64,000 bases of DNA from positions 42,346,001-42,410,000 of the forward strand of contig NC_043004.1 in the NCBI RefSeq assembly GCF_006345805.1. Reading direction: 5' to 3'. A program made the translations under genes and the position numbers. Positions 39,987 through 51,422 of the stretch are shown here, in pieces (within the stretch, counting starts at the first letter, position 1; every line of letters begins with the position of its first letter). The DNA comes from Octopus sinensis (Eukaryota). Below the pieces are notes generated by a model. The model was given only the letters and a program-made list of their open reading frames with translations. It had not been told where the DNA came from and ran no database searches.

Positions 39987-40057
39987 TATATTTGTGAAAC
40001 TTGATTTAGTATTTCGAAATTGAATTTTACCCTGTAAGTTTGGAATAATATTCCCTC

Positions 40058-40089
<32 letters not shown>

Positions 40090-40491
40090 GGCGCAGGAGT
40101 GGCTGTGTGGTGAGTAGCTTGCTTACCAACCACATGGTTCCGGGTTCAGTCCCACTGCGTGGCATCTTGGGCAATTGTCTTCTACTATATTGTCGGGCCG
40201 ACCAAAGCCTTGTGAGTGGATTTGGTAGACGAAAACTGAAAGAAGCCCGTCGTATATATGTATATATATATATGTGTGTGTGTCTATGTTTGCCCCCCTA
40301 GCATTGCTTGACAACCGATGCTGGTGTGCTTACGTCCCCGTCACTTAGTGGTTCGGCAAAGGAGACCGATAGAATAAGTACTGGGCTTATAAGGAATAAG
40401 TCCCGGGATCGATTTGTTCGACTAAAGGCGGTGCTCCAGCATGGCCGCAGTGAAGTGACTGAACCGAGTAAAAGAGTAAAAGAGTAACGAG
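40090..40491 (+). mobile_element. SINE family 1 copy, embedded in (TA)n
   Basis: Full-length match to 18981-19391. Confidence 0.92.
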
Positions 40492-40496
40492 TATAT

Positions 40497-40570
<74 letters not shown>

Positions 40571-40721
40571 AATAATGAGGGAGATAAATTAATATTAATT
40601 TTAATATCAATTTAAAACCAGTAGTCTAGCATACAAAAAATCTGAGAAGTCAGAGAAAATTCGTGTCTGTCTTGGCACAGAAAGCTGGGGTTAGTTTTTT
40701 CAGATTGCATTTACACTGAAC

Positions 40722-40800
40722 GAATGCACTGATGAAGCCACGGACATTTGAATTATGTAAGTAATTATTTTGTTAAAGGCCGAAACCGAGGTATGCATTT
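40722..40800 (+). ncRNA. Type I hammerhead with canonical core and long stem II
   Basis: GAAUGCA-CUGAUGA-AGCC..38 nt..GGCC-GAAAC-CGAG-GUA/UGCAUUU; lies in a repeat (40560-40830) related to 50089-50219. Confidence 0.75.
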
Positions 40801-40955
40801 AATTCTGTTTTTTATATAAATTTTCATCTGTCCTGCCCGCCAAATTTGGTTCGCTGAATTTTTCCTGTAGAGAATTTTCTTTGTAGTTTGATCGTTGATG
40901 ATCTATTTCTAGCATACGGCCGACTACCTAGCAGTCTTGCCCTGCCAATATACAC

Positions 40956-41008
<53 letters not shown>

Positions 41009-41706
41009 GCACACATATATACATATATTACGATCGACCAGCCAATATAATAATCAGAGTTATGTATAGTTTTTGTTCGTACGCAAATATAAGCCTCTGC
41101 ATACTGACAATCGCTCAGAAGCATACGTATCCACACAGGCGCACAAACATACTCACACATATCTGTGTTTGTGTGTGTGAATATGTGCTTGTTTGTGTGT
41201 GTGTGTGTATGTATGCACCCGTGCTGTGTGTATGCATGTAAGTATTTGTATGCGCGTGTGAGTGTATGTATACATAAATACTTGCGTGGGAGGAATGTAC
41301 AAACACAAAGGCAAAGTAATAATCCCACACGAAAATACTATACTAAAAATCTACAATATCTTAGAATGAATAGAAATGAACTTCATTGTTAAACAAAAAA
41401 AAAAATGTTTCTGCGAATTTATGCGCCTGAAAAAACCAGAAGCACATAGTGAATATATATTCAATATGTAATACAAAGAAGAGTCCGACATGATGGTAGT
41501 GTAGGTATATGTGATTGTATAACAATATAATATAATTTAAAATAGCAGAAAAGCCCAATACTACACTTAAAATGATTTGGACAGTGTGATCTTTTAAATA
41601 TTTATAAAAGACGCACTGGAACAAAAATTGCACAGTCACACCTAGATATATGCATACATACATGCATGCGTACACAAATAATTAAATACATATATGTATA
41701 TATATA

Positions 41707-41762
<56 letters not shown>

Positions 41763-41799
41763 TACGTATATGTATATATATGTCTGTGTCTGTGTGTCT

Positions 41800-41852
<53 letters not shown>

Positions 41853-41899
41853 GTGAATGTATGTGTATATATATAGATGTGAACGGAACCGCTGAAATC

Positions 41900-42188
41900 T
41901 ACTAGTTTTTTCATTCCCTCTCTGTTATCCTCACTCATTCATCTCTGTTGAAGAGCGTAGGCTCGAAACGTAAAATACTTTTTTATTTTCTGAAGGGTGA
42001 AACTAATATACTTGCTTGTAGTTCATACACCTGTCTTCGGCTTTTTTTTCTATACTTTGCAACTATATAAATTCCTTTCTGTGAAAGACTCTAGGCTTGA
42101 AACGTAAAAAACTTTCTCCCTTCCCCAGCGTTAAATTAACATGTCTATTTATTGTTTACACACCCGTCTTCGTCTTTTTTGTAAATTC

Positions 42189-42192
<4 letters not shown>
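41900..42192 (+). mobile_element. Tandem dimer of the hammerhead-bearing pLTR unit
   Basis: Cores at 41945-41972 and 42079-42106; both units end CCTGTCTTCG/CCCGTCTTCG..; (TA)n follows the second unit. Confidence 0.7.
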
Positions 42193-42263
<71 letters not shown>

Positions 42264-42587
42264 GTGTGTGGTGTGTGTGTGTGTGTGTGTACGGGTGTGT
42301 GTGTGTGTGTACATACATACATATATACATACGTATACATGAGAAGTAGTGGAAACGTTTCTGACTTTAAGCGCATCACAAAAGGCCTTATTACAATCTC
42401 AACATTTCGAATTCCCTTAGAAGGCTTGGATGAACTGAAGTATCGCCGCTATGAGTGTGTGAATCTGAGAGAAATATATTGAATGAAATCATAATTAACT
42501 GAACCTCCAGTATTTACTTCTACTCAACACAAAGAACTTTTCAGCACTCCGCTCGTTCATGTGCGCATGCGTTTATTTGTGTGTGTG

Positions 42588-42644
<57 letters not shown>

Positions 42645-42916
42645 TGTCTTGCTTTGAAAAACTCTATTGGGTATGATTAGTGAAATTTTGGTAGTAATGA
42701 CTTATGTCCCTCTTAGTGTGAGGCATTTATGTGTAATAACGCCCTCTATATAATATAAATTAATATGTTCAAAAGAAAAAAATTATTTTCGAATTTTTCT
42801 CTTATGACGTTTTTCACGCTAACTACCTGATAATTTCTTGTTAAGATTCCTTATTAAGAAGTTATCCTTAATTGTTAAATTTTTATATATATATATATAT
42901 ACATATACACACAAAT

Positions 42917-42947
<31 letters not shown>

Positions 42948-42983
42948 CATTGTGTGTATATATATACATACATATACACACAA

Positions 42984-43020
<37 letters not shown>

Positions 43021-43399
43021 CACGTATATACATGCACGCGTATATACATACACAAACAACGCGTACATAGGTGGACACACACATACTCATATATGTTTTT
43101 ATGTGTTGAATACAGAATGATTGATCGTATCATGTTATTTGTTGGCGGAGATTCCTTGCCTTAATTGATAATCATACCTCTTATTACCGTAGGGTACGCA
43201 AGGTCTATATAACATCCAAACCCCCTAAAATAAATACTGGTGAATTACAACTCATATTAACGCTGCATATTTCATATAAAAATATATGGAATTGTAACAA
43301 CGTTGTTGAATATTATTTATATGTTGTATGTTCGTCTCAAAATGTTTGGAAAGACATTTTGAATCATCTTTAATGCATGTGCTGTGCATCTCTGTGTTT

Positions 43400-44150
43400 A
43401 GGTGATTTTTCTGGCTTTTGCATCTTCAGTTATCTGTATGGTCCTAAATGTGTTTTAATAGGCTGTCAGCATTTCCAGTTTCTAAATAAAAATTTATAAT
43501 TTATATCCTTGTATTGTATTTCTTCCTTTTTAATTATCCCTTTTTTCTTTGAGGAATAGTTTAAATTTCATATTCGAATGCTTAATCGATTTCTAAAGGG
43601 GACATTATATAAGATGTATGCATTTTCTGTGATTTATGAACTCTAACAAGCTCTTGTTATAATGCCCTTTTTTGACCGATCCAATTCATATGTAATTGTG
43701 GACAATTAATGCAAGAAATTACATTTTCTTTGATTTGCAGTTACAATACGCATTCAACTTGAAGTCGTAAACCTTTCCAAATTTTCATTTTGTTTTGATC
43801 AATCAAATTAGATGTCAAGCAACAAAAGTCTTCACATGAGTATACAAAGCTTCTTTATTGATAAAAATTAGCCTTCGTTAAATGCCTTCGAAAATTTGTT
43901 GTTTGTTTCCCACTGTACTTAACTTGGAGTTTATATATTTTTACTCACATTTGGTGATTGATTCAGAACTGCATATGTTCAGAGGAATGTGTGATGCTGT
44001 AGCTTGTAGGCTTCTTGTCGGCTATAAATGCAGTAGTTCTCTGTTTTTTCCTCTTTATTATAAGAATTTTGGAAATTCATGAATTGCGAGTTATTCTGGC
44101 TTGGATGCAGCATTATATAACAAATCTTTTGAATATTCTAATTCTGGTTT
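43400..44150 (-). mobile_element. Highly decayed Penelope-like GIY-YIG remnant
   Basis: Broken FKLNAYCNCKS...CINC....WIGQ pattern; degenerate CUGAAGA..GAAA motif near 43410-43430. Confidence 0.4.
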
Positions 44151-44750
44151 TTTTTTATATCACAGTATGTGTATGCGCATGAAACTATACATGTATAACA
44201 AGTCATTGAAAACACATTTCTGGAATAGATACTGACCAAAAATTAAATTAATTGAGATACAGAGTTGTTGAAAATGATAGACATATATCGAAACTAAATG
44301 TCGATTAATTTTTTAACAGCATATAATTTGAAAATGATAAGAACAAATGCTTTTTTTCTCAACTGAAACATATTTCAGCAATTATTTTATGAGAAAAAAT
44401 ACGTAGAAATTTAAGCTTGACTAGTCTTTTTTTAAACACATTATCTTAATCTGAATATGATAAGAACAAATTATTTTTCAACTCAAGTATATTTACAATT
44501 TTATTGCGGAAGAGCTGGCATTTACTACATGCGACATTTACCATACAATAAATATCTGAATGTTATAACAAACACTATGGAGAAATCTAACATTCCTGCA
44601 CAACCACAACCTCTATTGGCAGAGTACAATCAATTAGAGCTACTGATATTTATTGTATCGGTCCATGGAGGATGAGATGACAGGCAATTTTGTGTGCAAA
44701 CTTTCCACACAGCCAGACACTCCTGCGTCTTTTCATATATATCTATATAT

Positions 44751-44847
<97 letters not shown>

Positions 44848-44849
<2 letters not shown>

Positions 44850-45050
44850 AAAGTTTACGGAAAAAAAAACAAAAGACGAAGACAGGTGGTGTACAAAACA
44901 AACAGATGTATTAGTATAACGCTCAGGAATAGAAAAAGTATTTTACGTTTCGAGCCTACGCGCTTCTACAGAAAGGGACACAGACAAAAACAAGGAGAAA
45001 AGCAAGGAGAGAAAAAAAATGTGTGTAGTGGCTAACGATCTATAAGCATA
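44848..45050 (-). mobile_element. pLTR copy with hammerhead core (44938-44976)
   Basis: Minus strand CUUU-CUGUAGA-A-GCGC(GUAG)GCUC-GAAAC-GUA/AAA; colinear with 12727-12925. Confidence 0.72.
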
Positions 45051-45792
45051 TATATTGAACATTCTTTTTACGTAACATAAGGAAATTTTCACATGCCCTT
45101 TCTTCACATATCCGCACGGACGCACACGCCGTCACACACATACGCACACACAGATAGAAGTACAGGCACCCACACATATGTCTATGCATACTTACATTTA
45201 ATATGATGAAATGTGTGCTAGTGAACCTACATTTATGTACGTTGATATTTAAGTGCGATATATATCTTAAAGCATTTAAAGAAATATGTTTGCCCATTCC
45301 TATAGGAAATTATACCAGTTTTAGATTTTGTAGAATTTGAGTTGATAAACTGATAAATAAGAAATTAATGTGTCACATCATACATTCGTCCACATATTTT
45401 GCACTGAGTTTACCGTGTTTCATAACCCCTATGTGATATGAATAGCAAGTGTAGCTTTAGTGTATGATATTGATTTGCATATTTCTTACACATTTAGGAG
45501 CAATTTGTGTGTTTCATACACACATGCAAACATATGTAGTTTGGAGAAAGGATATAATTGCACCAAAGAGTTCGCTTTATATTTCTTGCGTATAAAGTAA
45601 ATATATTTTCTAGCAATTTCTACACACACACACACACACACATGCGCGCGCGCGCGCACACACACACACAAATACACTCACATATAAATGTGTATAAATA
45701 TATATATATATATATACACACATATATATACATATATATATATGTATATATATATATACATACATATATATATATAAATATATATATATATA

Positions 45793-46083
45793 TCACGTGA
45801 TCACGTGACCGACCAGGCTATCAGATGTTGCTACACATCGCTGGTCACAATGCGCTTCGCATTGTTTTAGCCTTCGAATGACGCCACCCTGCTGGCTAAG
45901 CGAGCAGGCCAACAGAAGAAAGAGTGGTGAAAGAGTACAGCAGGGATCACCACCCCCTGCCGGAGCCTCGTGGAATTTTTAGGTGTTTTCGCTCAATAAA
46001 CACTCACAATGCCCGGTCTGGGAATCGAAACCGCGTACCTGCGACCGCGTGTCCGCTGCCCTAACACATACAGGACACGCTCC
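45793..46083 (-). mobile_element. tRNA-derived (Arg-like) SINE, head A with tail 1
   Basis: Head A body GAGCGAAAACACCTAAAA; tail ends GTCACGTGATCACGTGA. Confidence 0.85.
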
Positions 46084-46630
46084 TTTCAGCCTTTGTTTTG
46101 TCACAGAACCGTATCGCTTAAATGCTTTTAGAGGAAGTCCAGTAGACAGTAAAATTGTACAAGTCTATAGGTGGGCTCATTTTTTTTTGCTGCCTTGTAA
46201 CTTGTAATTGTCTTTATAAAACCTGTAACACCCTGTATAATAAAACCCTTAGTTCTTTATATGTTCTTACTGAAGTTGTCTTTCTAGTAAGAATTTATCT
46301 TTGGCCACTAGTCTGGCACAAAGTAAAATATTTCAAAACAAGTGGCAATACAAACCGCAAAGGCAACAAGTGATCATCACGGGAATTATCAGAGAGAACA
46401 CAGCCAACAACTTCCACAGCAATAACCGATATCTAGCGATATTTCACATTAACAACTTCTAAAACAACAACAAACTCCGTGAAATCTAAGGTAATATATC
46501 TCCCAAGAAGAAATTATAGGAGAAACAAAGGTGCAGTTAAGAGTAAGTATAGCGTCACAAAGTTTAAATCTAATTGGATGGGAGATGAACAAAAATATAC
46601 ATCAATGGAAGCAATATGTAAATAAAGGAG

Positions 46631-46687
<57 letters not shown>

Positions 46688-46737
46688 TGTGTATACATAT
46701 ATATATATGTAGTTATATTTTTCTTATAGACTGCTCC

Positions 46738-46850
46738 AGGCGGCGAGGCACGCCGAGGTCGACTTTGCCTTTCAATTGCGTACTGGGGTCGATCTTGTTG
46801 ACTGACCCCCTCCCACAAAATGTCGGGCCTTATGCCTAGAATAGAAAAGA
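46738..46850 (+). mobile_element. Internally deleted OK-like SINE
   Basis: GGCGGCGAG joined to CGCCGAGGTCGACTTTGCCTTTC, then tail. Confidence 0.7.
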
Positions 46851-46866
46851 ATATATAGATTGCTTA

Positions 46867-47091
46867 GGGTTGTGAGCTGGCAGAATCGTTAGTACGCGGG
46901 CGAATTGCTTAGCGGTTTTTCGTTTGCCAATAGGTTCTGAGTTCAAATTCCGCCGAGTTCGACTTCGCTTTCATCCTTTCGGCGTCGATTAAACTAGTTA
47001 CTCACTGTTATCGGTATAATCGACTTAATCCTTTTGTCTGTCCGTGTTAATCCCCTCTATATTTAGCCATCTGCGGGCAATAGGGAAATAA
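46867..47091 (+). mobile_element. OK-like tRNA-derived SINE
   Basis: GAGCTGGCAGAATCGTTAG A box, GAGTTCAAATTCC B box; homologous to 58433-58621. Confidence 0.82.
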
Positions 47092-47273
47092 ATATATATA
47101 GTTTGCTTAGAAGTGCTCAAGTCGAACCTGAGACATTAGACAGATATAAAAAATAAAAGGATAACATTCAGATTAGGCAAGGCAGTTTCAATACATATGT
47201 GTGCAGATTTGATCAAGATAAAATTCGTCCAAAATTAAAACATATATTAATATATAGAATATAGAAAAATATG

Positions 47274-47620
47274 TGGAGGCGCAATGGCCCAATGGCCCAG
47301 TGGTTAGGGCAGCGGACTCGCGGTCATAGGATCGCGGTTTCGATTCCCAGACCGGGCGTTGTGAGTGTTTATTGAGCGAAATCACCAAAAACTCCACGAG
47401 GCTCCGGCAGGGGATGGTGGTGATCCCTGCTGTACTCTTTCACCACAACTTTCTCTCACTCTTACTTCATGTCACTCTCTGTGTCACGCTGAATATCCCC
47501 GAGAACTACGTTAAGGGTGCACGTGTCTGTGGAGTGCTCAGCCACTTACACGTTAATTTCACGAGCAGGCTGTTCCGTTGATTCGGATCAACCGGAACCC
47601 TCATCGTCGTAACCGAAGGA
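47274..47620 (+). mobile_element. SINE, head A with tail 2
   Basis: Head as at 56038; tail colinear with 61350-61510. Confidence 0.88.
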
Positions 47621-48021
47621 ATATTAAAATTATATATATAAATATATAAATATAAGTTCGGAAACATAGTGAGAATATTGTAAAAGATAAGAAAATAGAT
47701 GAGAACGTTTTTAAAATTTTTGAAAATATAGTGAATAGTTAACAATAGGCGTCTAATAAGGTTTCGCACCTTTTAGAAATCATAACAAATATAAGCTCCC
47801 CTAATTAGAACATTCTAATGTAGTAACACACTCTAAACACAGAAAAAAAGATATTATTTGGCTCGCCCTCCCCCCGCTTCTTTCTCAAAGTAAAAGAATT
47901 ACGTATATTATTCTTTAAGTTTCTGAAATTAAATTTTCCTAAGCACCACAAATATTAGCCTATCTCTAACAAATTCTCTATAAAAGTATCTTACTCTACC
48001 ACGCCTAATTTGTGATATATT

Positions 48022-48740
48022 ATGGCATCCATAAATAGAATTAAACTCCAACTTCAAACGAAAAACTTAAATCATCATAAGGTACTCCATATAAGTCGGA
48101 ATAATACGAATAAACCAAAAAAAGTATCTAAATCTAAACGTAATCAATCCCTACTAAACGTACGCCAACCCGATTCAACCTTAATAAATCCGAGTAAAAC
48201 TATAGATAAAAGCGCAAAAACATGTAATTGTAGGGTCTCCGAATTATGTCCGTTCACTGTTTACGGTAAGAATGTAATTTATAAATGCATCTTGGCAAGT
48301 GGTACACATGAAGCAAGAATATATATGGGAAGCACCATAAATTTTAATGGACGGTATAGAACCCATTTAAATTCTTTCAATAAGCTAAAATACAAAAGCT
48401 CAACGACACTAGCTTTGTTTATACATGATCTAAAATTTTCAAAAAGTATTAATTACATACTATCTTGGTCAATTATAGATGAGCTCCTACCTACAATACG
48501 ATTATGGTAGATGTTGAATGTGAATAAAAGAATCCTCAAATATCCTTCGCTTATATAATTCAACTATGTCAAATATGTTTTCCGAATTTACTAAATCATT
48601 AGCTTCAGTAATTTCAGTCGCACAACTTAATATCTTATAACAACATATTGCCAAATATAATTCCAAGAAATTCTTTCATCGGTCCTCATAAAGGTCTCCA
48701 TTATTTGCATGCATATGTTTAATAGAAGTTGGCGATTATC
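48022..48740 (+). mobile_element. Penelope-like element: GIY-YIG endonuclease remnant
   Basis: CNCRVSELCP..NVIYKC..IYMGST..FNGRYRTHLNSF..STTLA..LSWSII; continues after the SINE at 49101-49330. Confidence 0.85.
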
Positions 48741-48778
48741 CCTTACTGTGGCAATGCATTGAATGCATATCTACCGTG

Positions 48779-49088
48779 TGGAGGCACATGGCCTAGTAGT
48801 TAGAGTAGGGGAACTCGCGGTCGAAGGATCACGGTTTCGAATCTCAGACCGGGCCATGTGTGTGTTTATGAGCGAAACACCTAAGCTCCACGCGGCTCCG
48901 GCAGAAGGTAATGGCGAACTTCTGCTGACTCTTTCGCCACAACTTTCTCTCACTCTTTCCTCCTGCATCTTGCAGCTCACCTGCGACGGACCGGCGTCCC
49001 GTCCAGGTGGGGAACCTATGCGCCAAGAAACCGGGAAACCGGCCCTTATGAGCCAGGCATGGCTCGAGAAGGAACAAACAACAAAAAA
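48779..49088 (+). mobile_element. SINE, head A with tail 3, 12-bp target site duplication
   Basis: ATATCTACCGTG at 48767-48778 and 49089-49100. Confidence 0.92.
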
Positions 49089-49113
49089 ATATCTACCGTG
49101 AATATCACTTTTT

Positions 49114-49203
49114 TTCCCTGATGAAGGAAACATTCTCCGAAAATTGATTTCAAGATTCATTTTTTTTATCTAGATTAATGAACTCCAGAAACAGCCGTCG
49201 GGA
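49114..49203 (+). ncRNA. Type I hammerhead with canonical CUGAUGA/GAAAC/GUC core and long stem II
   Basis: UUCC-CUGAUGA-AGGA..~55 nt..UCCA-GAAAC-AGCC-GUC/GGGA. Confidence 0.65.
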
Positions 49204-49499
49204 TAATATTATCTAAAATTGTAGCCCGAAAACTTATTAGAACCCTATTATTAATTTTTCACTATCTTTTCAAGTCTTTTAAAAACGTTCTTATCTATAT
49301 TCTAGTCTTTTGCTATATCATAACTATTTTTCTACACGCATATTTACTTACATATATATCTATATACATTTTTAATATTTCTTATATTTTTCTATGTTCG
49401 ATATAGTCTTATGTTTTAAATTTTGAACAAATTTTATCTTGATTTAATCTGCACACATATGTGTTGAAAGTGGTTTGCCGAATCTGACTCAGCCGTTTA

Positions 49500-49585
<86 letters not shown>

Positions 49586-50011
49586 TCAACAAGAGCATCA
49601 ATACGAAAGGTAATGAAAGCTCAACTAATACGTAAATAAATTACGTATCTAGTTTTTAAAAAAATCATTGAAAAACATCATTAGTAATATGAAAGTCAGA
49701 GTAGATATCATCAGTAAAATTAACAGGAAAACAGTTGTATGATAATCATCATTATCGAGAGCAATACGTACCACTACCACCTTCACCAACAACAATAACG
49801 ACACATATATACAGTGAAAATCATGTATCTGGCGCTCTCCCGTACACTTCCGGGGCGATTATGTTTAGCCTAGCTATGAAGCATACATTTAAAAAGAAAT
49901 ATGGGTTTAAAGGATTCTTTCACAGACAGAACCGCTGTCTATCATATGTTAAGTATATAGTATTCATGACTTTACACAAACACACATTTTATCTCTTTCT
50001 CTCTCTCTCTC

Positions 50012-50088
<77 letters not shown>

Positions 50089-50096
<8 letters not shown>

Positions 50097-50830
50097 TTAA
50101 GGGTAGAAATTGGTATTTATCAATTAAAACCAGTGGTCTAGCAAATTAAAAAAGAATCCGAAGATTAAAATATTTATATATACCAATTAAGGACTGAACA
50201 CGAAAAGTGGACAGTCAACATAACTGTAGTATTCATCAGCATGGCCTGTTATAAATGCAATTTGCTGGACTAGATGCAAAACCGATACCGGAGTATCGCG
50301 TGCATGGAGTTCAACCTATTACATTCGAATGTATCTTTCAAATGCCTTTACTTTGGCGCGTTGAGACCCGAAAAGACCAGCCTGCAGCTAATAATTAGCA
50401 GCAGTCAATTTATCGGTTAGAGAACATATTTATTTATATAAAATTAATTAAGGGTAGAAATTGATATTTATCAATTAAAACCAGTGGTCTAGCATATTAA
50501 AAAAGGAATCCGAAGATTAAAATATTCATATATACCAATTAAGGACTGAACACGAAAAGTGGACAGTCAAAATGCTAGATATAAACGTCAAATCGCCATT
50601 CTCCACAAAAGATTATGTTCTCAAATCAAACTCAGCACAAAACCAAAGCAATAAACAAGTGAAAATATACGAAATAAAATAATTACCCATGTCCTGATCA
50701 GTTTCGGCTATTATTATCCGCAAGGATAACTGTAGCATTCATCAGCATGGCCCGTTATAAATGCAATTTGCTGGACTAGAAGTATCGCGTGCATGGAGTT
50801 CAACCTTTTCGTGTTCAGTCCTTAATTGGT
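50089..50830 (-). mobile_element. Rearranged Penelope-like pLTR: tandem units plus terminal inverted segment, inside (TA)n
   Basis: Direct repeats at 50089-50219 and 50440-50570, and at 50220-50330 and 50725-50800; 50801-50830 is inverted relative to 50176-50210. Confidence 0.7.
50687..50750 (-). ncRNA. Hammerhead with mutated cleavage triplet (GGA)
   Basis: CCAUG-CUGAUGA-AU-GCUA..UUAUCC(UUGC)GGAUAA..UAGC-C-GAAAC-UGAUCA-GGA-CAUGG; palindromic CUGAUCAG stem III. Confidence 0.65.
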
Positions 50831-50853
50831 ATATATATATATATAAGAATGAT

Positions 50854-50933
50854 AATAATCCAAGGATGGAATTTATAAACACATAACTTTTAAGATCCCA
50901 TTAAATGTTTATAAATTCAATCCTTGGATTATT
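50854..50933. repeat. 28-bp inverted repeat (one mismatch), 24-nt spacer
   Basis: AATAATCCAAGGATgGAATTTATAAACA versus TGTTTATAAATTCaATCCTTGGATTATT. Confidence 0.9.
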
Positions 50934-51086
50934 GCTATGATATTTATCCTACATTATATCGGCATAGCTTGATACATCTCCGAATAACTGCCTCGCTAGT
51001 CAGCATCATTAGACGGTAGCCAGCATAATGGAATAGGAGCTTTAGTTGCATATTCAAAGCCTTACCATAAACAAATTGTATATATA

Positions 51087-51371
51087 TGCCATGACTGGCT
51101 CATAACGGGCGGTTTTCTGGTTTCATTGGCGTATAGGTTCCCCATCTGGATGGGACGCCGGAGTGTCGTAGGTATGCTGGTAGAAGCAGGAGGAAAGAGC
51201 GAGAGAAGTTTGTGGCGAAGGAATAGCAGAAGTTCGCCATTACCTTCTGCCGGGGCCGCGTGAAGCTTAGGTGTTTCGCTCATAAACACACACATCGCCC
51301 GGTCTGAGATTCGAACCCGCAATCCGTGGACAGTGAGTCCGCTGCTCTAACCACTTGGCCATGTGCTTCTA
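51087..51371 (-). mobile_element. SINE, head A with tail 3
   Basis: Reverse complement colinear with 48779-49088. Confidence 0.85.
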
Positions 51372-51422
51372 CACACAAACAAACGCACAGACACACACAC
51401 ATTAATCAATGAAATTCAAACG

